Shown in pieces: positions 24,942 through 32,000 of a stretch of 32,000 bases of DNA; position 1 is the first letter of the stretch; each line of letters opens with the position of its first letter. This DNA comes from Methanococcus maripaludis. GTDB taxonomy: Archaea; AGJL01; Methanococci; Methanococcales; Methanococcaceae. Under the pieces are notes generated by a model, which searched no databases, was not told the DNA's origin, and was given only the letters and a program-made list of their open reading frames with translations. The translations under genes and the position numbers were made by a program. Where the stretch lies: positions 240,001 through 272,000 of the forward strand of contig NZ_CP026606.1 of assembly GCF_002945325.1 (NCBI RefSeq), written 5' to 3'.

Positions 24942-25964
24942 ATGCTTCCAAATAAAAAGGCACTCGATTTAATTAAAATTTACATGGAAAAAGATTTTAC
25001 TTCAGAAAATTTAAAAGAACTAACCAAAAAACTAATAGAATTGGATTTACTTGTAAAAACAGAAGATGAAACATTTACTGTTAGATCAGACGACCCTGAA
25101 GAACTCATGCATTCGAGAGTTGGTGCTTTAAAAGAAGGTATTGAAAAATTTGCAGTTCCTTCAAACGTTAAAGAAATAAAAAATCCAAAAATTTTGGATC
25201 TTTGCAGCGGTATGGGCTACAATGCAGTTTCCGCACTTCATTATAACATCAATTCTGAAATAGATATAGTAGAATACAGTAAAGAAATGCTTTTTCTATC
25301 CCTTGCACTTGATATTCCAATGAACGAACATTTTATAATAAAAAATGCAATATCTGAATTTTTTAAGGGAAATAAGAATCAAAAAATTAGAATTTTTAAC
25401 GAAGATGCAAGATTTACACTTTTAAGAAAAGATTTGAAAAAATACGAGTGTGTATTTCATGATGCTTTTTCGCCCTTAAATGACCCAGTATTATATACAG
25501 TTGAGTTTTTAAAGTTAATTTACGAAAATATGGCAGATTCTGGTGTTTTAATATCGTATTCTTCATCAATTCCATTTAGGAGTGCACTTGTAGAGTGCGG
25601 ATTTATAATTTCTGAAGGTCCATCAGTTGGAAGAAAAAGAGGGGCTACATTAGCATACAAAAATCCAAATGAACTACAAAAAAAAGAAATAAAAAGAATT
25701 CCTGAAAGTGATGAGCGATTAATTGCATTAGCTAGTGTTGGAATTTCATTTTACGATAAAAATTTGAATTTAAATTCTTCTGAAATAATTAAAAATAGAG
25801 AAATTGATCGGGAAAACTTGAAAAATCTGCTCGGAGATAAATATTACTCAACTACAAAAATTAAAAGCGGAAAGATAGATGAAAAACTCTTAGAAATTCA
25901 AAAAGAAGATCTAAACTCATCTGAAATCATTAAAAAAATGAAAAAAATATATCTTAAAAATTAA
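24942..25964 (+). CDS. MnmC-type (DUF752/MnmC2-like) SAM-dependent methyltransferase domain protein with a Lys/Glu-rich C-terminal extension
   Basis: The ORF is listed from 24753, but that part overlaps apbC. I prefer the ATG at 24942 (MLPNKKALD...) with AGGTG 5 nt upstream. ILDLCSGMGYN is SAM motif I. HDAFSPLNDPVLYTVEFL...GVLISYSSSIPFRSALVECGF...GRKRGATLA closely parallels the E. coli MnmC N-terminal domain DGFAPAKNPDMWT...GTLATFTSAGFVRRGL..AGF...GRKREML. Confidence 0.8.
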   Translation: MLPNKKALDLIKIYMEKDFTSENLKELTKKLIELDLLVKTEDETFTVRSDDPEELMHSRVGALKEGIEKFAVPSNVKEIKNPKILDLCSGMGYNAVSALHYNINSEIDIVEYSKEMLFLSLALDIPMNEHFIIKNAISEFFKGNKNQKIRIFNEDARFTLLRKDLKKYECVFHDAFSPLNDPVLYTVEFLKLIYENMADSGVLISYSSSIPFRSALVECGFIISEGPSVGRKRGATLAYKNPNELQKKEIKRIPESDERLIALASVGISFYDKNLNLNSSEIIKNREIDRENLKNLLGDKYYSTTKIKSGKIDEKLLEIQKEDLNSSEIIKKMKKIYLKN

Positions 25965-25977
25965 GTTTTTTAATAAA

Positions 25978-26856
25978 TTAATACCCGTTTGCATAATTTA
26001 AAGCTTCATCGATTAAGTTTTGAGCGATATCTACATCAGAAATTCTTGAAAGTCCTTCCCATGAAGGACATGCATTTACTTCGATAACTTTTAATCCATC
26101 GCTGCTTTCGAGTATATCTACACCTGCATAAACGAGCCCTACTGCATCTTTTGCAGCAAGCACGATTTTACTTAACTCTTCAGTTATTTCGCACTTTTCT
26201 GGAACTCCGTTTTGGTGAATATTTGTAATCCAGTTGTCAGACGTTCTATACATTGCAGAAATTACCTTATCCCCAACTGCAAATGCTCGAATGTCCCTAT
26301 AAACGTTATTTGGATTGTTTACAAATTCTTGCATATAAATTACGCCGTGAGTGCTTTTAAAAGTATTTAACGCTTTTAATTTTGCAACGGTTGATCTACC
26401 CTTAACCCTTACAAGGCCTTTTCCCTGATTTCCAAAAAGAGGTTTTAAAACAACGTCTTCAAATTTATCTGCTGCGATTAACGCTTTATTTACATCTTCT
26501 GCGACTATCGTCTTTGGATGCGGAATTTTATGAACTTCCATTAAAAATGAGGTCCTGAATTTATTTCCTGCATTTTCAATCCCATCCATCGGGTTTATTA
26601 CAGGTACGTAATTTTCAAGGTATTTTAACATGTCAAACCTGTGAAACATTTCGACCCCTTCACCGATGTTTCTAACAAAAGCGCATTTTAAATCGAGTAT
26701 GCTTCTATTATTCTGTTCAAACTTAACTTCCGATTCGATATAAGAAATTATTTTTGAGGGCTGTATAATAACTGGGCCTATATCATTTTTTTCCATTTTG
26801 GACTTCAACTCATCGGTTACCCAGTCCCGTTCTTCAGAAATTATTCCCATTCTCAT
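25978..26856 (-). CDS. RimK-family ATP-grasp alpha-L-glutamate ligase (MptN/CofF type of methanogens)
   Basis: 292 aa. ATP-grasp blocks are present (VLKPLFGNQGKGL, YMQEFV, DIRAFAVGDKV, AGVDILES.DGLKVIEVNACP). I cannot tell the H4MPT ligase from the F420 ligase by eye. Confidence 0.8.
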   Translation of the reverse strand: MRMGIISEERDWVTDELKSKMEKNDIGPVIIQPSKIISYIESEVKFEQNNRSILDLKCAFVRNIGEGVEMFHRFDMLKYLENYVPVINPMDGIENAGNKFRTSFLMEVHKIPHPKTIVAEDVNKALIAADKFEDVVLKPLFGNQGKGLVRVKGRSTVAKLKALNTFKSTHGVIYMQEFVNNPNNVYRDIRAFAVGDKVISAMYRTSDNWITNIHQNGVPEKCEITEELSKIVLAAKDAVGLVYAGVDILESSDGLKVIEVNACPSWEGLSRISDVDIAQNLIDEALNYANGY

Positions 26857-26895
26857 ATTAACACCATAAAAATTATAAAAACAATAATATTTGTC

Positions 26896-27330
26896 TTAAA
26901 AATCTGAAAACATTTTTTTAATTTTAACGTTTAGCGGCGTCGGATTGTGGAATGCCCTTGCCATTTCAGCATTAACTCCGTTTTCAGTTAAAATCTGGAG
27001 CAACTCTTCGTTAAATTCTTTTCCAAAAACAATTGCTGACGTATTTACATTGTGCGTCATTTTGTAGGTTACAATGTAATTAACTGCCGCATCGTTGTGT
27101 GCAAAACCGATAATATGATCAACTTCGGCTCTGGTTTTTAAACCTTTATCGATTGGTTGAAAACCGATTCCAGTTAGATAATACTTTTCAGGATCCGCAG
27201 ACTCAATTAATTTCAAAGCTGCAGGGTTTGCTGAAACGATTACTTCGTGTCCTTTGTTTTTAAGCATATTTAGTAAAAACATGAACGCAGGTACCAAAAC
27301 AGGGGGTTCAGGACATCCCAAAATTATCAT
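26896..27330 (-). CDS. Conserved hypothetical small alpha/beta protein (144 aa)
   Basis: The ORF is listed to 27351 (TTG). I prefer the ATG at 27330 (MIILGCPEPPVLVP...), but the start is uncertain. It ends 39 nt upstream of the RimK-like gene on the same strand. I do not recognise the family with confidence. Confidence 0.55.
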   Translation of the reverse strand: MIILGCPEPPVLVPAFMFLLNMLKNKGHEVIVSANPAALKLIESADPEKYYLTGIGFQPIDKGLKTRAEVDHIIGFAHNDAAVNYIVTYKMTHNVNTSAIVFGKEFNEELLQILTENGVNAEMARAFHNPTPLNVKIKKMFSDF

Positions 27331-27436
27331 TATTCTCAAAAATACCACCAAAGTATATTAAAAGTATATAATTTTATCAATAAAAGATATTAATATTTTC
27401 CGATATTTCAAAACTTAAAATCTATTTTTGGCTACC

Positions 27437-27475
27437 ATCTGATTTATATAATATTATAGTGATAGAATATCAGAT
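27437..27475. repeat. Inverted repeat ATCTGAT-n25-ATCAGAT enclosing an AT palindrome (TATAATATTATA) in the divergent padR promoter region
   Basis: Read directly: arms at 27437-27443 and 27469-27475, inner palindrome at 27447-27458. Confidence 0.5.
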
Positions 27476-27483
27476 ATATATAA
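27473..27483 (+). promoter_or_regulatory. Candidate TATA box for padR (GATATATATAA)
   Basis: It lies about 55 nt upstream of the ATG. The SD TTGGTG is 5 nt upstream of the ATG. Confidence 0.3.
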
Positions 27484-27533
27484 CATTTAATTTAGGACTT
27501 TAAACCCCCCGAATAGAATAGATTGGTGTTTTA

Positions 27534-28085
27534 ATGGATGAAAAAATTGAAATTTCGAATGTAGAATCTGCAGTTTTAGGTTTGCTCCTTGAAAAACCGA
27601 TGTATGGTTATGAAATTGAAAAAATAATCGAAGAAAGGAAAATGAGGCAGTGGACAGAAATTGCATTTTCGTCAATATACTATGTCTTAAAAAAATTGGA
27701 AGAAAAACAAATTGTTGAAAGTGAAACTGAAAATAAATGTGGAAGAGCTCGAAAGATTTATTTTGCAACGGATTTAGGAAAAAAAATAATGCGAAAAAAA
27801 GTAAAAGAACTCATTTCAAATTATGAAAAGACGATATCGGGTTTTGACCTTGGAATGAGTAATTTGGATATTTTATCAAAAGAAGAAGCTTTAGAATGTT
27901 TTGAAAATTACATTAAATCAGTTGAACATGTAATTAACCGCATATATGAGGTCAACAGCACAGTTAAAAAATATAACCGTCCAGACCATGTCCTTGCTCT
28001 TTCAAATAGATTATTAGCACATTTAAACACTGAAAAAGAATTTATTCAGGAATTTAAAGAAAAATTTAAAGAAAATGAAAATTAA
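27534..28085 (+). CDS. PadR-family transcriptional regulator
   Basis: 183 aa. The N-terminal wHTH VLGLLLEKPMYGYEIEKII....W.EIAFSSIYYVLKKLEEKQIVE is the PadR signature. Confidence 0.88.
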   Translation: MDEKIEISNVESAVLGLLLEKPMYGYEIEKIIEERKMRQWTEIAFSSIYYVLKKLEEKQIVESETENKCGRARKIYFATDLGKKIMRKKVKELISNYEKTISGFDLGMSNLDILSKEEALECFENYIKSVEHVINRIYEVNSTVKKYNRPDHVLALSNRLLAHLNTEKEFIQEFKEKFKENEN

Positions 28086-28108
28086 AAAATTTAAAATTTG
28101 TGAGAATT

Positions 28109-29452
28109 ATGGCATACAAAAGTGAATTTTTAGGAACAGAAGATGTTAAAAAACTTTTAGTTAAACTTTCGGTCCCTGCAATAATTGGAATGCTCATCAT
28201 GGCACTTTACAATATAGTCGATGGATTTTTTATTGGCCGATGGGTTGGAACAGCTGCATTTACAGGAATAGCATTGATATTCCCATTCCAAATGATGATT
28301 ATGGCATTTGGAGTAACTTTTGGAATTGGAGGATCGTCCCTTTTATCGAGAAAACTTGGTGAAGGAAATTTAGACCTTGCAAGAAAAGCTGGAGGAAATG
28401 CAATCAGCAGCGTTTTGATTTTATCAGTATTGATAACAATTGTCGGGGTTATATTTATGGTTCCAATTTTAAACCTCCTTGGAACTTCTGCAGACATATT
28501 CCCTTACGCAAAAGACTACTACGAAATAATACTCTATGGAACAATATTCAACAGCTACCTAGTTGCTGCAAACAACCTTGTTCGTGCAGAGGGAATGGCA
28601 AAAATTGCAATGTTTGCAATGGTTGTCCCTGCAATTATAAACATAATTCTTGATCCAATATTAATCATAGTATTCAATATGGGAATCAAAGGTGCAGCAA
28701 TTGCAACGGTACTATCCCAAATTATCGGTGTAATTTATATTATAAAACACCAGTTTGGAAAAAATACGAGCATTAAATACGCAATGAATGATTTTTTAAT
28801 CAACCTTAAGATTTTAAAAGAAACAGTATTTATTGGAGCTTCTGAATTTGCAAAACTGATTATAAGTAGCATTCTTTTGATCCTTGGAAATAATTTGCTT
28901 GGAATATATGGTGGAGATATTGCAATTGCAATTTACGGAGTAATTATGAGAATCGCAATGCTTTTACTCATGCCCGTTTTGGGAATTGTGCAGGGTTTTC
29001 AGCCAATTGTTGGATATAACTACGGAAAAGGACAGTTAAATAGGGTCAGCGAATCAATAAAACTCGCATTAGTTGGAACTTCGGGCCTCTGTTTACTTGG
29101 ATTTATACTTGTAATGATATTCCCAGAAAAATTCATCCAGATATTCATAACTGATCCAGAAGTAATTTCACAAGGAGTTTTTGCAACAAGAATATTCTTC
29201 ATGTTTTCGTTCCTTATCGGGGCTCAAATGACAATAGGTGGGTTATACCAGTCACTTGGTAAAGCAAAACCTGCATTTATCATTTCTTGCGCAAGGCAGA
29301 CTTTATTCTTGATGCCTGCATTGATTATTCTTCCATTATTCTTTGGATTGAACGGAATATGGTTTTCATTCCCAATTGGAGATTTGTTAGGCTTCACTCT
29401 TGCAAGCGGCATTATATTCAAAGATAGAAAATCATTAAACCTATCTTCTTAA
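28109..29452 (+). CDS. MATE-family multidrug/oligosaccharidyl-lipid efflux transporter
   Basis: About 447 aa with 12 TM helices. The N-terminus VKKLLVKLSVPAIIGMLIMALYNIVDGFFIGR is typical of MATE. The ORF track starts at GTG 28100; I prefer the ATG at 28109. Confidence 0.88.
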   Translation: MAYKSEFLGTEDVKKLLVKLSVPAIIGMLIMALYNIVDGFFIGRWVGTAAFTGIALIFPFQMMIMAFGVTFGIGGSSLLSRKLGEGNLDLARKAGGNAISSVLILSVLITIVGVIFMVPILNLLGTSADIFPYAKDYYEIILYGTIFNSYLVAANNLVRAEGMAKIAMFAMVVPAIINIILDPILIIVFNMGIKGAAIATVLSQIIGVIYIIKHQFGKNTSIKYAMNDFLINLKILKETVFIGASEFAKLIISSILLILGNNLLGIYGGDIAIAIYGVIMRIAMLLLMPVLGIVQGFQPIVGYNYGKGQLNRVSESIKLALVGTSGLCLLGFILVMIFPEKFIQIFITDPEVISQGVFATRIFFMFSFLIGAQMTIGGLYQSLGKAKPAFIISCARQTLFLMPALIILPLFFGLNGIWFSFPIGDLLGFTLASGIIFKDRKSLNLSS

Positions 29453-29521
29453 ATTCTTAAAAAATTATTTTAAATTTTTATTTTTAAAAAAAGTATTTAT
29501 AAAAAATTTTGAAATTTAAGT

Positions 29522-29839
29522 TTACCAAAACTTCAATTTTGAAAGTATTCCTTTCTTTTCGCCAGTCTCTTTAATTTTTTCGTGGGATTTCATGTACTGA
29601 TTTAATGGAACCCTGAGTACGTGGCTTCCGTAGCAGGGTTTTGTAAATGGAAAAATTACAAAATCATCATCATAAGCAACTGGAATTGGAGGAAGTCCAA
29701 TAAGCATTACTCCTTCCAATATTTCGTCTCCAGGGTTAAACTCACGAATATTTTTGTAATTTTTTTTAATATAATCACTACATTCTTTAAATGAACCTTT
29801 TAAGAGAATTTCATGGTTATAATTATCAATACATGACAT
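29522..29839 (-). CDS. Hypothetical protein, 105 aa, immediately downstream of leuS
   Basis: The ORF is listed to 29851 (TTG). I prefer the ATG at 29839 (MSCIDNYNHE...) with GGGTGA 4 nt upstream. It starts 26 nt after the leuS stop. No family recognised. Confidence 0.55.
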   Translation of the reverse strand: MSCIDNYNHEILLKGSFKECSDYIKKNYKNIREFNPGDEILEGVMLIGLPPIPVAYDDDFVIFPFTKPCYGSHVLRVPLNQYMKSHEKIKETGEKKGILSKLKFW

Positions 29840-29865
29840 AAAATCACCCAATAAAAAATTAAAAG

Positions 29866-32000
29866 TTATTCCATGTATATTGCAGGTTTGTAAGGTATTG
29901 CAAATTTCTTTTTGCCTTTTACATCCTCACCATTTACAATTACCTTGCAATCGAATTCACTTTCAATAAATGTTTTGGCATTTTCTAGTATTTCTACTTC
30001 AGCTATTGCCTTTTTAACGCCTATTTTCATTATTTCGTTAATTAATTTCATCACTTCTTTTCCATGCCTTTTGAATTTATCTTCTTTCATAACGAGTGGA
30101 ATAAGTGCTTTTACGTTTTTCTCAGCGTTCTCATTCATAAATTCAAGGAGGTCGTATTTCCAGTCGTCTGCAGTGTATAAATACATTTTTTCAGGGTTGA
30201 TTTTTGCAACTCCTTTAATATTTCGAATATCTTCCATTGCAGACTTGATAAATTCTTCCCCAAGTTCTAAATCTTCATTAATTAATTCTGGCTTGATTAA
30301 AGGATACATTTCTTGTGAAATAAATCCAGCATACCCTAATTTTTCCCAGATTTCTTCACAGAGGTGTGGTGTTACTGGGGAGAGTAATTTAGTCCAAATT
30401 TCAACAACTTCTTTTAAAACATTGTTGTTTTCCCCGCCTCTTCGTTTATACCATCTTAAATCATTGATGAGTTCATAGAACATCAAACCAATTTTTCTAA
30501 GCTGGAATTCTTCGTATGCAGTTTCAGCACCTTTTATTGAACTGTAAGTTTTGTGTAAAAGCCATTTATCAATTAAAGATAGTTCTTTTTCAGTTTTTTC
30601 TTCTTCCATGACTGATACTGCAAGTTCGTATAATTTTATTAGATTATCTCTTGCTTTTTCCATTTCTTTGAATTTAACGTCTGCATCTTGCGGAAGTTCA
30701 GCACATGTTGTGATGTAAAATCTCGCAACATCTGCACCAAAGTTTTCTGCAACTTCTGAAACAGGTAAAACCGGACCTTTTGATTTTGAGAGTTTTTTAC
30801 CCTCAATTGTAACGTATCCGTTTATTTCAATCCCTCTTGGCCAGTGTTCTCTTCCAAATAATGCAACGTGGTTGAATATCATGAATGTGAGGTGGTTTGG
30901 AATTAAATCTTTTGCAGAACATCTCCAGTCAAGCGGGTAGTAGTATAAAAATTCTTTTCTCATTTCTTCAATTGTTTCTGTTGGAATTTTTGAATTTTTA
31001 GCTATTTCATCAACATTTCCTTTTCCAAGGTAGACGTAATCAAATAATTCTGGAATAAGCTGTTCTGGAGTTAACCCTTCGTTTATAAATCTTGCAATTG
31101 TGTAATATGCCATGTAAATTGTACTGTCCGATAATGATTCAATAATCCAGTTTTCATCAAACGGCAGTATTGTTCCAAGCCCTTTTTTCCTTGCACAAGC
31201 TTTGTCCTTCATCCAATCAACTTTGTTGTGGAATTCCTGCCTTATTCCTTCTGGAGCAAAGTTCATATTATCGATACATTCGTGTGCGAGTTTCTTCCAG
31301 TTTTCGTCAGAATAGTTGATAAACCACTGTCCTTTTACGGTTTTTATAATGCACTTTTCACCGCACCTGCAGACAACTTTCTGCTCTGAAAATTCGTACA
31401 TTATTTCTGCAATGTTTGAATTTATGTAATCTTTTGTTAATTTTTCTTTAATGTCTTTTACAGAAATTCCTGCGTATTCTCCGCAGTTTTCATTTAATTT
31501 TCCCTTGTGAAATTCGTCCTTGTAGATTTTACTCGTTGCTTGTTCGAGTAACTCTTCATCATTTTGGTCTTTAACTCCCAGTTTTTCCACAATCTCTTTT
31601 GCAGGATATTTATCGTATCCTTCAATTTCGATTAAGGGGATTAAACCTACTTCTTCAACTTTTCCAAGATCCCTTAAAGCAACGTAGTCGTATGGGGCGT
31701 GTGCTGGAACACTCATTACACACCCTGTTCCAATTCCCATTTCAACGAAATCTGCTGGAAGAAGAGGAACTTCTTTTTTCGTAACAGGATTTTTAATTTT
31801 CAAGCCGAGTAATTCGCTTCCTTTAATTTCTTTTAAAATTTCAATTTTTCTATCTTGCTCTTTTAATTTATCTGCACATTCTTTTCCAATAACCCAGATA
31901 CCGTTGTATTTTAAATCAACATCTTCACTATCCAATTTCTGGATTTCATCGTGGACTTCTGCCATTACGTAAATTTCATTTGGATTAACCCACGCATTGG
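29866..32000 (-). CDS. leuS: Leucyl-tRNA synthetase, C-terminal ~710 aa; the N-terminus lies outside the window
   Basis: The frame stays open to nt 32000 (NAWVNPNEIYVMAEVHDE...). An archaeal-type LeuRS CP1/editing region, the KMSKS-equivalent LSKSKG, and a C-terminal anticodon-binding/extension domain are present. Confidence 0.93.
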   Translation of the reverse strand, partial: NAWVNPNEIYVMAEVHDEIQKLDSEDVDLKYNGIWVIGKECADKLKEQDRKIEILKEIKGSELLGLKIKNPVTKKEVPLLPADFVEMGIGTGCVMSVPAHAPYDYVALRDLGKVEEVGLIPLIEIEGYDKYPAKEIVEKLGVKDQNDEELLEQATSKIYKDEFHKGKLNENCGEYAGISVKDIKEKLTKDYINSNIAEIMYEFSEQKVVCRCGEKCIIKTVKGQWFINYSDENWKKLAHECIDNMNFAPEGIRQEFHNKVDWMKDKACARKKGLGTILPFDENWIIESLSDSTIYMAYYTIARFINEGLTPEQLIPELFDYVYLGKGNVDEIAKNSKIPTETIEEMRKEFLYYYPLDWRCSAKDLIPNHLTFMIFNHVALFGREHWPRGIEINGYVTIEGKKLSKSKGPVLPVSEVAENFGADVARFYITTCAELPQDADVKFKEMEKARDNLIKLYELAVSVMEEEKTEKELSLIDKWLLHKTYSSIKGAETAYEEFQLRKIGLMFYELINDLRWYKRRGGENNNVLKEVVEIWTKLLSPVTPHLCEEIWEKLGYAGFISQEMYPLIKPELINEDLELGEEFIKSAMEDIRNIKGVAKINPEKMYLYTADDWKYDLLEFMNENAEKNVKALIPLVMKEDKFKRHGKEVMKLINEIMKIGVKKAIAEVEILENAKTFIESEFDCKVIVNGEDVKGKKKFAIPYKPAIYME

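Noticed and set aside
27487-27768. 93-aa minus-strand ORF overlapping padR.
   Set aside because: It is antisense to padR, and its repetitive Phe/Gln/His-rich translation has no SD.
29912-30478. 188-aa plus-strand ORF inside leuS (also 31599-31784).
   Set aside because: It is antisense to LeuRS, and its Ser/Phe/Ile-rich low-complexity product is characteristic of a shadow ORF.

Overview
The window is AT-rich (about one third G+C by eye) and tightly packed. Genes carry GGTGA/GGAGG-type ribosome-binding sites, TTTATATA-like archaeal TATA boxes and oligo-T terminators. The gene content indicates a hydrogenotrophic Methanococcus: methanofuran enzyme MfnB, an MptN/CofF-type glutamate ligase, indolepyruvate:ferredoxin oxidoreductase with PaaK, a class III signal-peptide pilin-like protein, ApbC/Nbp35 and WecC/WecB. 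From memory, the gene order resembles the M. maripaludis region around MMP0697-MMP0728 (wecB/wecC, ApbC/Nbp35, a pilin-like gene, iorA2B2). I cannot verify that here. I support 32 protein genes (two cut by the window edges), one tRNA-Arg(GCG), one in-frame hexanucleotide tandem repeat, several inverted repeats, and a few promoters and terminators. I see no CRISPR array, transposase, integrase, prophage genes or recognisable defence system, so this looks mostly like core chromosome. Four stretches are least explained and are the best candidates for something undescribed. (1) The three-gene block at 8117-9831: an unknown 116-aa protein, a NikR-like regulator that seems to have lost its nickel ligands, and a divergent wHTH protein, all directly upstream of hcp. 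(2) The hcp-centred redox cluster at 3815-7864, which has a NapH-like membrane Fe-S protein in an organism without quinones. (3) A P-type ATPase with PQAL instead of PEGL in TM4, in an operon with CorA. (4) A stand-alone MnmC-type methyltransferase. All functional calls rest on motif recognition by eye, and no database search was possible.
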